Source: an uncultured delta proteobacterium (GTDB lineage Bacteria > Desulfobacterota > Syntrophia > Syntrophales > UBA2192). From it: a stretch of 64,000 nucleotides of DNA. Both the position numbers and the translations under genes were made by a program. Every line of letters starts with the position of its first letter. Position 1 is the first letter of the stretch. This document shows, piece after piece, positions 9,591 through 19,750 of the stretch. The notes beneath the pieces were generated by a model, which worked only from the letters and a program-made list of their open reading frames with translations, did not search any database and was not told the origin of the DNA. The stretch covers positions 32,001 through 96,000 of the forward strand of contig CAVPJD010000009.1 of the NCBI GenBank assembly GCA_963705165.1, read 5' to 3'.

Positions 9591-9606
9591 TGGAACAGGG
9601 CATGCT
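9591..9606 (+). promoter_or_regulatory. Putative sigma54 promoter with upstream IHF-like site
   Basis: TGGAACAGGGCATGCT = GG-N10-GC; AATCAGCTAATTA (WATCAR-N4-TTR) on minus strand at about 9548-9560. Confidence 0.55.
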
Positions 9607-9644
9607 CATCGGGGAAAGCAGGAGCTCAATCATCGAGAGGATTC

Positions 9645-9833
9645 GTGAAGGCCATGAAACCGGTGGACAGCATCAAACAAACATGGAACAGGCAGTGGCC
9701 GACAGCTTCCGATCACCAGGAGCGCGCCGAAAGGGCGGCTTATATCCTGCGTATCATGCTCTCGATGCGCCGTTCTCAGGACCGGCCGATTCAGGATGAA
9801 TATCGCGGAATCCTGTTGAATACTTACGGCTGA
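9645..9833 (+). CDS. Small hypothetical protein
   Basis: GAGGA SD; lies between a sigma54 motif and a terminator. Confidence 0.55.
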   Translation: MKAMKPVDSIKQTWNRQWPTASDHQERAERAAYILRIMLSMRRSQDRPIQDEYRGILLNTYG

Positions 9834-9859
9834 GAAGTGTCTCCGAAAAGGGAATAGCG

Positions 9860-9893
9860 AAAAGGCAGGGCCCCTGCGGACCCTGCCTTTTTT
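9860..9893. terminator. Bidirectional intrinsic terminator
   Basis: AAAAGGCAGGG...CCCTGCCTTTTTT between convergent genes. Confidence 0.7.
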
Positions 9894-9963
9894 ATCATCC
9901 GTGATCCTCGCGCACATCGTCAGCACGCACGACAGCATCGAGCTTTCGGATATTGCCCGGGGC

Positions 9964-11292
9964 TTACTTCAGTTTCTGATCCCAGCCCTTCTTGCCCTCG
10001 GGGTCGGTCCAGCCCTGGAAGCGAAGGGCCGTGGGTAAGTCACGCACCTTCCAGTATCCGCTGTTGCTGCTGACATAAGAGCGAAGCGATTCGAGGATCG
10101 TTCCAAAGTCCTGACGGTCTTTCTCGCTTAGCTTTGCATCGGAGACCTGGCCGTTGAGGAACTGGATGGTTGCATCCCGCAGCAGCTCGAGATCGCCCTG
10201 CGGCCACTGTACCAGGATGAGGTCGTTCTCGGCGATATTGTCGCCGTCGTTGGCCGTCAGGATCTGCTGCAGCTTCGCACCCTGCTGCCGGACATTCTCG
10301 CCATAGGACGACAGGACATGGTCGCGGCCGACGCTCTTGACGAGCGCCTGCTGGGCCGGGCTCAATTTGTTCCACACATTCTTGTTGATGATCATGTAGG
10401 TGATCAGGAACTGCTGCTGCCAGCCGGGTGAGTGCACGTACCGGTTCCCCACTGTGCCGGGATTGCCCTCGGGAAGCCCGAAGAGCTGGGAGACATCATC
10501 GAGGGGGGTCGCAAATTCGAATGCCTGGAGCTGGCCGTCGGCCACGGCCTTCACGAGGGAGCCTCCCCCGGCGAGGGCCTGGATAAACTTGATGTTCTTT
10601 TTTGCAATCACCCCGCGGGCCACCAGGTTGTCACAGGCACGATCGAGGACGTACTGGGCGGGCGGCAGGTAGCGGAAAGTCCAGTTCTGCTGGCACAGGC
10701 CGGCCAGGCCGATCCCGGGCGTCGATCCGGCATTGCCGATGGGCAACTTGAAGTAGCCGGAGAGCTGCTGGCTGCTTCCGACGATGGGAACCGCCACGAT
10801 GTTCGTGCCGTTCTTGTCGAGAATTCGCTGGAGCTGGTCGAGGCCGCTCTCGGTGCCCCCGATCGATTTCCCGTAGAGAAAGCCCATGAACTCGTCAAAG
10901 GTGGGTCCGAAGGGAACGCCCGAATTGTAGATGAACCCCCATACCGCGTTGAACTCCGACCCCGAAATATAGGCGGCATCGAAACCGCTGCCCCCCGCCA
11001 GGGGGCCTCCCGCGGCAACGGCGGCCATAATGTCCTTGAATGCCTTTGGAATCGCCGGGGTCGGCGCGTACTTGGCAAACCGGACCTGTCCGGCCTGGCC
11101 GAGAGTGGTTGTCGAGATGCTCAGCAGCTTGGCGGCATATTCATCGGCGGGGGGGCCGATGGCCGCCGAGGGGCTGAAGTTGCGAAAAGTGATGTCCACC
11201 GCCGGGGCGGACTGCGCGGCTAAAAAGACCGCAAAGACAACCGCAGCAACTCCGGCACCGAAGCGCAACAGGCGATTCGAGTGAGATTTCAT
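9964..11292 (-). CDS. TRAP transporter substrate-binding protein (DctP-like, divergent)
   Basis: Signal peptide; SGVPFG, GYFK, AFEFATPLDD, PGWQQ, INKNVWNKLSPAQQ motifs. Confidence 0.75.
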   Translation of the reverse strand: MKSHSNRLLRFGAGVAAVVFAVFLAAQSAPAVDITFRNFSPSAAIGPPADEYAAKLLSISTTTLGQAGQVRFAKYAPTPAIPKAFKDIMAAVAAGGPLAGGSGFDAAYISGSEFNAVWGFIYNSGVPFGPTFDEFMGFLYGKSIGGTESGLDQLQRILDKNGTNIVAVPIVGSSQQLSGYFKLPIGNAGSTPGIGLAGLCQQNWTFRYLPPAQYVLDRACDNLVARGVIAKKNIKFIQALAGGGSLVKAVADGQLQAFEFATPLDDVSQLFGLPEGNPGTVGNRYVHSPGWQQQFLITYMIINKNVWNKLSPAQQALVKSVGRDHVLSSYGENVRQQGAKLQQILTANDGDNIAENDLILVQWPQGDLELLRDATIQFLNGQVSDAKLSEKDRQDFGTILESLRSYVSSNSGYWKVRDLPTALRFQGWTDPEGKKGWDQKLK

Positions 11293-11519
11293 GAAATCCC
11301 TCCTTCCTGGATTCTACAATGGGGTTTGTGGGGTTTGGTTGCCTGGGAACCGGGACATCGCATTCAACTATTGCATACAATTTAATAAACTGCCAGGGGT
11401 AGGGCGGCGGCAGCGTGTGCCCCCGAGGAGCGAAAGCGGATTATCCGTCAATCATATCAGCCTGTTCTGATGGAATCCACGGTGCCATGCCCCCCGGTCG
11501 CCGCCTGTTGGACGCAGGA

Positions 11520-11535
11520 TGGCCCGTTTGATGCG
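11520..11535 (+). promoter_or_regulatory. Putative sigma54 promoter upstream of riboswitch and pilus operon
   Basis: TGGCCCGTTTGATGC = GG-N10-GC. Confidence 0.45.
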
Positions 11536-11647
11536 CAATTCTGAAAATATTCTTTAAGTTCAATGCCCTCTCTTCCGAAAAATAGACGTAGGGATGTCAC
11601 GGCCCGGGATTGAATACCGGAAGCGGGGCATTTCGCTTTGGATCAAA

Positions 11648-11741
11648 CAGGGCTGAAAAAGGCAAACCGCCCGAAAGGGCGGGGCGCAAAGTCTCTGGCC
11701 TACGTCCGGGAAACGGATATGGCAGCAGGATTGCCGGCCTG
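11648..11741 (+). ncRNA. c-di-GMP-I (GEMM-I) riboswitch
   Basis: GGCAAACCGCCC-GAAA-GGGCGGGGCGCAAAG...GGCCTAC...GGCAGC...TTGCCG matches the GEMM-I architecture. Confidence 0.9.
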
Positions 11742-11985
11742 AAGCATCGCGATGCAATGGTCATCGACCGGCGACCCCAAGGGATAAGGAATCGCTCATT
11801 CCGACCTGCCACCAGATCGGATCTGCCGTGTCCCCGCACAAGATGGCCACAGACGCGCGAAGTTCTATGATGAGCCGGGATTTTGCGGCTTTTCCGCCAC
11901 GGAGAGAAAAGAAGCGCCCTCCTTCGGCGGAACCCTCGCAGCACCGGGTTGGACAGCGCTTGCAGCGGATCACGGATATACGGAT

Positions 11986-12468
11986 ATGAAGAACGGGCGG
12001 CGGGTGATCTTTTCGAATGGCGCCTTTACACTGGTCGAGCTCATGCTCGCGCTTTTTTTCTTCGCCATTGTCACGGCCATCGCCATTCCCTCCTTCAGGG
12101 GGTACATCGACAACACGAAACTGAAAGCGGCCGCCCGCCAGATCATGTCGGACATCACCGATGTGCAGCTGATGGCCAAGTCGGAAAGCGCGCAGTACAG
12201 GATCACCCTGAATGTGGATCCCGCGAACACCTACGCCCTGGAGCGTGTGACGGCCCCGGCGCAAACGCAGACGAAGACCCTGACCGAGCATGGAAGCGAC
12301 ATCCGGATCACGGCCACCACGTTCACATCCAGCCAGGTGAATTTTCAAGCGAGAGGGATCTTAAGCGAGGACAACAAGACCATCACCCTGAGAAACGGCC
12401 GGAACTCAACGGCACTGATCACCACAAACCTTGCAGGCAGGCCCCATGTTCAATTCACTCTGCAATAA
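11986..12468 (+). CDS. fimT: Type IV minor pilin FimT/GspH-like
   Basis: GA|FTLVELM prepilin motif, hydrophobic helix, IPSF, F.ARG. Confidence 0.85.
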   Translation: MKNGRRVIFSNGAFTLVELMLALFFFAIVTAIAIPSFRGYIDNTKLKAAARQIMSDITDVQLMAKSESAQYRITLNVDPANTYALERVTAPAQTQTKTLTEHGSDIRITATTFTSSQVNFQARGILSEDNKTITLRNGRNSTALITTNLAGRPHVQFTLQ

Positions 12469-12865
12469 AAGAGGGATCACGATGATCGAGGTCCTGATCA
12501 CCCTCTTCCTGACGGCCGTCGGCATCATGGCCCTTCTGTCCATGCAGCCCATATCCTGGCAGGCGGCGGGACGGGCGGACTTCATGGGACGGGCCGCCGG
12601 AATTTTACAGAGCGAGCTGGAACGAAACGAGATCCGGATCATGAATCCCGGCAACACCGTGTCGACGGGGACGGCGAGCGCAACCGTCTATCCCAGCGGC
12701 AAGACCACAAAGCAGCAGGGCGACGTTGCCTACACGGTGGCAACAACGATCTCGTCGCTTGGCTCCAATGCCTGGCGGGTGGATGTGAGGGTGACCTGGC
12801 CGGGAAACACCCGGGGCATCGCCGAGTCGCTGACGGTGACCCGACAGGAGACATACCGGCAATGA
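12446..12865 (+). CDS. pilV: Type IV minor pilin PilV-like
   Basis: RG|ITMIEVL motif, C-terminal VRVTW. Confidence 0.85.
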   Translation: MFNSLCNKRGITMIEVLITLFLTAVGIMALLSMQPISWQAAGRADFMGRAAGILQSELERNEIRIMNPGNTVSTGTASATVYPSGKTTKQQGDVAYTVATTISSLGSNAWRVDVRVTWPGNTRGIAESLTVTRQETYRQ

Positions 12866-13584
12866 TGAGGAGGCGGAAAGGCAACAGGGGGTTTACGATC
12901 GTCGAATGCGTCGTCGCCGTCGCCGTGGGAATGACGATCCTCGGCGCCGTGTATGCGGCGGTCTGGTCGGGCCAGCGCTCCGCCACGGGCATCGACCGCA
13001 AGGTCACGACCGGCCAGGACGCGCGGGCGGCCCTGGAAGTGATGGCCATGGAGATGCGCATGGCCTCCTACAACCCGTTTTACGCGGCGAACCCCTGGAC
13101 GGACATCACCAACTGCAACGCAGGCAATGCGACCCGGCGGGGTGTCCAGAATGCGGCCGGCAGCACGATCCAGATCCAGATGGATCTCAACGGCAGCGGC
13201 TCCTGCGGGGAAGCGGGGGCGGCAAACGAAATCATCGTGTATGCCCTGGACACGGCGAATCAGCGCATCACGAGGGAAACATGGACCTGCTCGGGCGCGC
13301 CGGCTTCGGGGGGCCTCCAGTCTTTTCTCGGAGGGGCGGCCGGGGAGGTGAAGACGGTCCGGGTGGTTAATAATGATGTTGCGATCCCCCTTTTCCGCTA
13401 CTACGACAGCGCGGGCACCGACATCACGAGCAGTCTGCCGGGCGCGATCGGCCAGATCCGGCGGATCGAGATCACCTTCGTCGTGGACAGCGAGAACGTC
13501 GACCCCTCTCTGGGCGGGTCGCAGCGGCGCAGGCTGATCTACTCGACCAGCGTGGTTCCGAGGAATCACGGCATTCAATTCTGA
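12862..13584 (+). CDS. pilW: Type IV minor pilin PilW-like
   Basis: RG|FTIVECV, Q.AR.ALEVM..EMRMA, C-terminal PRN. Confidence 0.85.
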   Translation: MMRRRKGNRGFTIVECVVAVAVGMTILGAVYAAVWSGQRSATGIDRKVTTGQDARAALEVMAMEMRMASYNPFYAANPWTDITNCNAGNATRRGVQNAAGSTIQIQMDLNGSGSCGEAGAANEIIVYALDTANQRITRETWTCSGAPASGGLQSFLGGAAGEVKTVRVVNNDVAIPLFRYYDSAGTDITSSLPGAIGQIRRIEITFVVDSENVDPSLGGSQRRRLIYSTSVVPRNHGIQF

Positions 13585-13599
13585 AAAGGCGATGACGGA

Positions 13600-14076
13600 A
13601 TGAAAAAATGCTTGCGGGAAAACGGTTTTGCCCTCATCGCGGCCCTTCTGGCCAACCTGATCCTCCTGGCCGTCGGGATCCTGGCCGTCAATCTCTCCAG
13701 CGGGGATATCCGGATCAGCATGAGGGCCGTGGGCGACAAGAAGGCCCTCAACGCCGCCGAGACGGGCGTGCACGAACTCTCGCGGCTTTTCGACCCGGCG
13801 ACGGCATTCAACGGCACGGTATTCCCCGTGAGCTATCGGGCGCTCAGCGGCGGGCACGATTCGACGACGCAGTATTCGATCGCCCAGCCGATCGTGCCCC
13901 CCACAGGGCCGTCCACCCTGCAGCTGAACGGATACGCCATCGGGGGGGCGCAGATGTGGGGGCAGACCCGGTACGGCACAACGGTCACGGGGAGAAACAC
14001 GGCATATAACACGAACGTGACCGTCGATGTCGAGGTCGGCTTCGGCCCCATCGAGATCTCCACCATGTCCAGATAG
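13600..14076 (+). CDS. pilX: Type IV minor pilin PilX-like
   Basis: NG|FALIAAL lacking Glu5, A..AAETG motif. Confidence 0.85.
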   Translation: MKKCLRENGFALIAALLANLILLAVGILAVNLSSGDIRISMRAVGDKKALNAAETGVHELSRLFDPATAFNGTVFPVSYRALSGGHDSTTQYSIAQPIVPPTGPSTLQLNGYAIGGAQMWGQTRYGTTVTGRNTAYNTNVTVDVEVGFGPIEISTMSR

Positions 14077-14085
14077 GAGCGTTCT

Positions 14086-17085
14086 ATGACCCTGCGGAAA
14101 CGGTTTGCGGCAACCCTGCTTTTGATCGCGTGCACCCTCGCTCCCCTGCAGGGGTTCTGCGCCGATGAAACGGCCCTCTTCAACTCCACGCCGCCGGACG
14201 TGCTGATCATGCTCGATCTGTCCGGCAGCATGAAGCGAAACCCGGCGGGCATTTTTCAAACGTACGGTAACGAAGACTGCTCGATCGTCGACGGGATGGG
14301 CTTTACCGACTGCCGGCGCTATATCATCGCCAAGCGGGCCGTCTTCAACCTGCTCGACGACAACCGGGACGGCAAGATCGACTCGAGCGACGAGACGAGC
14401 CTCAACATCCGGGTGGGCTATGTCGCGTACTACCTGGCTTTGGACTTCGTGACCGAGGTGACGGGTATCCGCAGGGCGATCGGCACCCCCTACGCCGACC
14501 TGTACTGCAACTCCAACGGCAACAGCACGGCCTGCACGAAGACCAAGGAGGATTCGGCGTGCGACACCATGGCCGCGGCCGGCAAGCCCATGAGCTTCTA
14601 TTGCGAGAAGACCAACTCCGACACCCCCATGAACAGCGCCCTGCGGGACGCGAGAACCTACCTCGACACACACAAGGCCGCCGATCCCTCGAAGGACTGC
14701 CGGCAGAAGTTCGTCATCCTCATCTCCGACGGCGGCGACACCCATTCCTGCGATTACGGCGACGGAACGGCCCCTACGCAGTACAAGCAGCGGAGGCTCT
14801 CCGTCCTGCGGGCCAAGGCCCTGAAGGATGCCGGCTACAAGGTCTTCGTCGTTGGCTTCGGCTCCAACGCGCCGTCCCATGAAAAGTACACCCTCGAGTG
14901 GATGGCATACCATTCAGGGACGGACAACCCCCTGGCGGCAAACGTGGGCAGCACATCGGCCCTGAACCTCGCCGCCTTCTCGCCGGACCCCTGCTCGGTC
15001 ACGGAGACGCAGGTCACCGGTACCTGCAATGGATTGGGGGCATGCTTTGCCGTCAACAACGACCCGGGAAACATTGCCCTGTCGGGATACGCCTTCATGG
15101 CCAACAACGGCGCCGAGCTACAGACGGCCCTCAAGCAGGCCATCGGCGTCATCCGCGAGTCGAGCCAGTCCTTCGCGACGGCCTCCATCGCGTCGGCCCG
15201 CGCCGCTGATGAAAACTACATATACGAGGCCTCCTTTCAGCCTGTCGGCACGGACCCCACCTGGACGGGGCATCTGCAGAAATACACCCTCAACGCCGAC
15301 GGGACCGTGGCCGCCGCCCTCTGGGATGCGGGGACCCTCCTCAAAAGCAAGGATCCGGCGAGCCGGAACATTTACACCTACAAGGGCTCGAACCCCCTGA
15401 CGGCGTTCACCTCCGCAAACATCACGACGACGGATCTGGGCCTTGCCTCGACGGAAACGACCTGGCGCACCGAGATCGTCGGCTACATCCGCGGGGAAAG
15501 CGCCTACAACGTGGACAACTGGAAGCTGGGGGACATCTTCCGCTCCTCGCCGATCACGGTGGGGACGCCGACCCAATACTTCCAGGACCGCTACGACGCC
15601 GCCAACCCGACCGCGTACGACACCTTCCGGGCGACCAACCTGCGGACCTCGGTCAACGGCAAGAGGATCATCGTGGCCGGGGCCAACGACGGCCAGCTTC
15701 ACGCCTTCAAGACGAGCGACGGCACGGAGGCCTGGAGCTTCATCCCGCCGAACTTCCTGCACAAGCTCAAGAACATCGCCCACAAGGCGCACCCGACGGG
15801 GCTTTCCCACCAGTACTTTGTCGACGGGCCCATCACGGTGGCCGACGTGTGGCTGCCGGCAAGCCCACCGGGCGTCCCCGCAGCAAAGCTCCTCGCGGAC
15901 TGGAGGACGCTGCTGATTCTGGGCGAAGGCCGCGGCGCCATGAGTTACCTCTGGAGCTCCTCGTCCACTTGCACCTCCGGCTTCGACAGCAGCTACTCGA
16001 CGACCTACCCCTACTACTGCGGCTACCACGCCCTGGACATCACGAACACGACGGCCGCGCCCACCTACAGATGGCGGATCGGCCCGACTGCGGCCCAGGC
16101 GCCCTACCTGGGCGAGCCCTGGAGCAAGATCTATGTGGGCCGGGTGAAGATCAACGGCAGCGAGAAGTGGGTCGGCTTCATGGGGGGCGGGCACAACCTT
16201 TCCTCCTGCTCGACAACGGACTGCGACAAGAGGGGGAAGGGCTTCTTCGTCATCGACCTTGCCGACGGCAGCATCCTATGGAGCTATACCCTGCAGGGCG
16301 ACACCAACATGAGCTCTGCCCTGCCGGGCTCGACGGCCATGGTCGACACGGATAACGACGGTTATATCGACCGGGTCTACATCGGCGATCTCGGCGGGAC
16401 GATGTGGCGCTTCAACTTCTGCTCGTATTACAGCGGGGCCTCCTGCAATACGGCTAACTGGACGGGCGGGCGGCTCTTTTCGGGCACGGCAGGCGCCGTC
16501 TACTCGATCCCCTCGGTGGCCAAGGACGCCAAAGGAAATTTCTGGGTCTTCTGGGGCTCCGGCGACAAGGTGGATGTGACGGGCACCACCGGTGCGAACA
16601 AATTCTACGCCGTGAAGGATGCCGATGCGGCGACCCCCCGGGTACTTGCCGACCTCATCGACATCACCTCGAGCACGTATGCGGACAGCGACACCCGGAA
16701 GGGCTGGTATGTCCGCCTGGCGGGCACCGGGGAGAAGGTGCTGGGCGATTCGGCAGTCTTCGGCGGGGTCGTCTACTTCACCTCCTTCACCCCCGATGCA
16801 GGGGGGGCCAGCGCCTGCAGCTCGGGCGGATCGGGGAAACTCTACGGGATCGATTTTATCGGGGGCACGGGAATCATGCCGAGCTCGGCGAAGAGCATGA
16901 GCCTCGGGGGGGGCGTCCCCTCGGCTCCGGTGATCTCCTACAATCCCAGCACGAACACGCCGGACCTGTTCGTGACGGCAAGCAGCGCCACGGGCGGGGT
17001 GCACTCACGTCGGGTCGCGATCAACCCGCCGGCCATGTCGAACCGGGCCAACATCCTGCTGTGGCGCGACAGGCGGATCCAGTAG
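14086..17085 (+). CDS. pilY1: PilY1/PilC-type pilus tip adhesin (VWA plus beta-propeller)
   Basis: Signal peptide; DLSGSM MIDAS; LGDIFRSSP, GANDGQLHAF, E.WSFIP, YFVDG, DTDNDGYIDRVYIGDLGG Ca-loop; terminal WR. Confidence 0.92.
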   Translation: MTLRKRFAATLLLIACTLAPLQGFCADETALFNSTPPDVLIMLDLSGSMKRNPAGIFQTYGNEDCSIVDGMGFTDCRRYIIAKRAVFNLLDDNRDGKIDSSDETSLNIRVGYVAYYLALDFVTEVTGIRRAIGTPYADLYCNSNGNSTACTKTKEDSACDTMAAAGKPMSFYCEKTNSDTPMNSALRDARTYLDTHKAADPSKDCRQKFVILISDGGDTHSCDYGDGTAPTQYKQRRLSVLRAKALKDAGYKVFVVGFGSNAPSHEKYTLEWMAYHSGTDNPLAANVGSTSALNLAAFSPDPCSVTETQVTGTCNGLGACFAVNNDPGNIALSGYAFMANNGAELQTALKQAIGVIRESSQSFATASIASARAADENYIYEASFQPVGTDPTWTGHLQKYTLNADGTVAAALWDAGTLLKSKDPASRNIYTYKGSNPLTAFTSANITTTDLGLASTETTWRTEIVGYIRGESAYNVDNWKLGDIFRSSPITVGTPTQYFQDRYDAANPTAYDTFRATNLRTSVNGKRIIVAGANDGQLHAFKTSDGTEAWSFIPPNFLHKLKNIAHKAHPTGLSHQYFVDGPITVADVWLPASPPGVPAAKLLADWRTLLILGEGRGAMSYLWSSSSTCTSGFDSSYSTTYPYYCGYHALDITNTTAAPTYRWRIGPTAAQAPYLGEPWSKIYVGRVKINGSEKWVGFMGGGHNLSSCSTTDCDKRGKGFFVIDLADGSILWSYTLQGDTNMSSALPGSTAMVDTDNDGYIDRVYIGDLGGTMWRFNFCSYYSGASCNTANWTGGRLFSGTAGAVYSIPSVAKDAKGNFWVFWGSGDKVDVTGTTGANKFYAVKDADAATPRVLADLIDITSSTYADSDTRKGWYVRLAGTGEKVLGDSAVFGGVVYFTSFTPDAGGASACSSGGSGKLYGIDFIGGTGIMPSSAKSMSLGGGVPSAPVISYNPSTNTPDLFVTASSATGGVHSRRVAINPPAMSNRANILLWRDRRIQ

Positions 17086-17365
17086 CGTCGACGGCCGGAC
17101 CCAGGGGCACAACGCCCCGGGAGGCGTCAGACAAAAAAAGGGGGCGGGCCGGCTCTTCGCGGCCCTTCCTTTTGCGGCCTGCCGGGCGATCGGGCGGGCA
17201 GGAATCCGGGATTCGCCCTTGACATCGGGACGATCTGCTGCGGGCTCAAAGGGGTCGTGAAAGACGGCGGGAAGGCCTCGAAGACAAAATGTACACCATC
17301 ACGGGCGGCCACTTCTCGAAGCAAAACGTGATCGACAGCATCCTCGGAAAAGGCTGACGCAGATC

Positions 17366-18289
17366 CTAAAAATCCTGGAGCCTGGGGATCCGGATGACGT
17401 GCAGGTAATTTTCCAGGCCCACGGCCTTGAACTTCTCCGTCACGATCGCCTCCAGCGTACGCGTCACGTCGGTGCCGGGCCTCGGCACCTGGCATTTCAG
17501 GACGAGCCGGTTGTTGTTTTTCCGGAAGCTGGCTTCCACGGTGTCGTGGGCCAGGTGCACGATGCCCGCGAGCGAGACGTGATTTTCCTCCACGATCAGA
17601 TTGCGGGCCAACAGCGCGGTCCGGACATACTCGGGCAGGCAATACCGCGCGACGATCTTGTCCGCGAGATAGGGGTGATAGGTTTCGATGAACTCGTCGT
17701 CCAGCTTTTCGTTTTCGCCGGCAAATTTTCGATTGTAGATGACCAGGAACTTCCTGCCGATCTCCAGGAAGAAGCCGCACAGCTCGGCCTTCTTGATGCC
17801 GTCTTCCCGAAACCCCATCTGGCCTGCCAGGATCTCGGCCATGACCGATGTGGCATAGGAGCGGGCAAAGATCGTCTCGACCTCCGGGTCCGTGAGCCCT
17901 GCATGCTGGTTGGTCAGGACGATGATCAGCGCTTTCGTCCGGTGCATGCCGAGACAATTGATCACATCGTAGAAGCTGCCCACATTGCCGCGCCGCAGCG
18001 ACCCGATATACACTGAGCTGGCGATCGCCTTGAGCCGCAGGCGGATGGCTTCGTTGATCTTGAACTCGATCCCCTCGATCTCCCGCCGGCCCGCGTTGAT
18101 GTCATCGAGCGTCGAGAAGACCTCGGGAGAGATCGATGCGGCAAGAACCTTCCTGGCCAGCGTGTCGTCGATGGCGTCGATCAGCCTGAAGGCCTCGTCT
18201 ACGTCCACAGCCCTATCCTTTTCCGGCGCAAAGGAACCGGAAATCACGGGGATTTCTTCCTTGCCGGAAAGGATTACTGCACGATTCAT
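17366..18289 (-). CDS. HDOD domain-containing protein
   Basis: IA.S..............AI/VI..LG pattern, ELCGFFLEIG, H..L...I...Y.LP. Confidence 0.75.
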   Translation of the reverse strand: MNRAVILSGKEEIPVISGSFAPEKDRAVDVDEAFRLIDAIDDTLARKVLAASISPEVFSTLDDINAGRREIEGIEFKINEAIRLRLKAIASSVYIGSLRRGNVGSFYDVINCLGMHRTKALIIVLTNQHAGLTDPEVETIFARSYATSVMAEILAGQMGFREDGIKKAELCGFFLEIGRKFLVIYNRKFAGENEKLDDEFIETYHPYLADKIVARYCLPEYVRTALLARNLIVEENHVSLAGIVHLAHDTVEASFRKNNNRLVLKCQVPRPGTDVTRTLEAIVTEKFKAVGLENYLHVIRIPRLQDF

Positions 18290-18465
18290 ACCCAGGTCGC
18301 ACGGGGAGCAGGCGCATGGCACCGGTCCTGCAAGGACACAGGCTCGATCCGGACGCGGGACGCATCCCGGATCGGCAAATAATCCTTGACAGGCACTGCC
18401 CCGGCCGTTACCTGTTTGCAGGCGTGCAGGCCGACGAATCCATAACCAATCCGGGAGGGAAACCG

Positions 18466-19719
18466 ATGGTCAGAACCCCGTTACGACGTTTCATCCTGCT
18501 CGCCGCTGCTCTTTTGCTCATCCCCGCCGCTCCCGCCGGGGCCCAGAAAATCGACGACCTGGCTCACGCCAACAAGATCGAGTACAACGCCTGTAAGTAT
18601 AAGGCGGCCCAGATGCGCGACGAGGCCCGGCATTATGACCGAGCGAGGGCCGATCTGCCCGGCATGGAAAAGCAGGCCGCCGATCTTCAGGCAAAGCTCG
18701 ACGTCCTGAATCCCAAGTACCAAAGCTACACGGCCCTGATGGAAGAGCAGAAGACACTCAACAGCGAACTGCCGAAGGTGGAGAAGGAGTGCCAGGAGGC
18801 CTGGATCTCTTCGTTGTCGAGTGCATGCACACGGCGCAATCAGATCACCAAAAGGCTCTACGAGGAGATCAACCCCGAGCTTGCCCGCCTGAGAGCTCAA
18901 ATGCCCTCCCTCGGAGAAGAGCGGAATAAGGTTGAGGACACACTGTCCGTTATCAAGATGAACCTGCAGTCCCATCAGAACTACCTGGCCCGGACAACCC
19001 GCCCCACGGACCAGCAGATTGCGGAGCAGGACGGGAAGTGCCAGCTGATGGAGCTCTCGATGGGCCTCGATTCCAAAGCGTCGACGTCAACGGTGACCAT
19101 TGCCACGTCGGCGTCGGAGGGGATGGTCTGGGATGAAATCACTTTCGGGGCATTGCTCTCCCCCAAAGATCCCCGGGCCCAGTATGGTTATGTGTGGAGC
19201 CTCAACGGCAAGGTCGTCGGCGGCAACACGGCCAGCGTGAAAACGAACATTCCGAGCGAAGGCGTCAATACCGTCCGGGTCGTGGCCTGGCGGTGGACGG
19301 GCAGGCAGTGGGTCAAGACCGCCGAAGCCGCGCGGGACATCACAGGGAAGGCCCGCGTGCAGCAGACGGTGTCCATCACCGGCCCCGCCAGTGTGCTGAT
19401 CCAGGACCAGCCAAAGACAGTAATCTTCGAGGCCAGGATCATCCCCGAAGTCCCCAATGAGCAATACGGGTTCACCTGGGGCGCCTCGGGGGGACCGAGA
19501 GGCCCCATGACCTTCAACAGCTACACGAAGACGCAGAGCCTGTCGGCCTCGACGCCCGGCCGTTACGACATCCTGGTTCATGCGTGGAAGCTCGTCAACG
19601 GCAAGTGGCTCCTCATCGCGAAGGCCTCGCTGCCCTTCACGATCGAAAAGACGGCATCGGCCCCGCCCACGGGGAGACAGCTTTCGACCCCGAGAGGCCT
19701 GACCTCTCCGGGGCGCTGA
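18466..19719 (+). CDS. Secreted hypothetical protein: coiled coil plus two PKD/Ig-like beta repeats
   Basis: GGAGG SD; signal peptide ending AGA; repeats YGYVW...VVAWRWTGRQW and YGFTW...VHAWKLVNGKW. Confidence 0.75.
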   Translation: MVRTPLRRFILLAAALLLIPAAPAGAQKIDDLAHANKIEYNACKYKAAQMRDEARHYDRARADLPGMEKQAADLQAKLDVLNPKYQSYTALMEEQKTLNSELPKVEKECQEAWISSLSSACTRRNQITKRLYEEINPELARLRAQMPSLGEERNKVEDTLSVIKMNLQSHQNYLARTTRPTDQQIAEQDGKCQLMELSMGLDSKASTSTVTIATSASEGMVWDEITFGALLSPKDPRAQYGYVWSLNGKVVGGNTASVKTNIPSEGVNTVRVVAWRWTGRQWVKTAEAARDITGKARVQQTVSITGPASVLIQDQPKTVIFEARIIPEVPNEQYGFTWGASGGPRGPMTFNSYTKTQSLSASTPGRYDILVHAWKLVNGKWLLIAKASLPFTIEKTASAPPTGRQLSTPRGLTSPGR

Positions 19720-19750
19720 CCGCGAATATCCCGCAAGGAGATCTGCCTCG

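Noticed and set aside
12730..14913. 727-aa minus-strand ORF
   Set aside because: Antisense to the pilin genes; no recognisable motifs.
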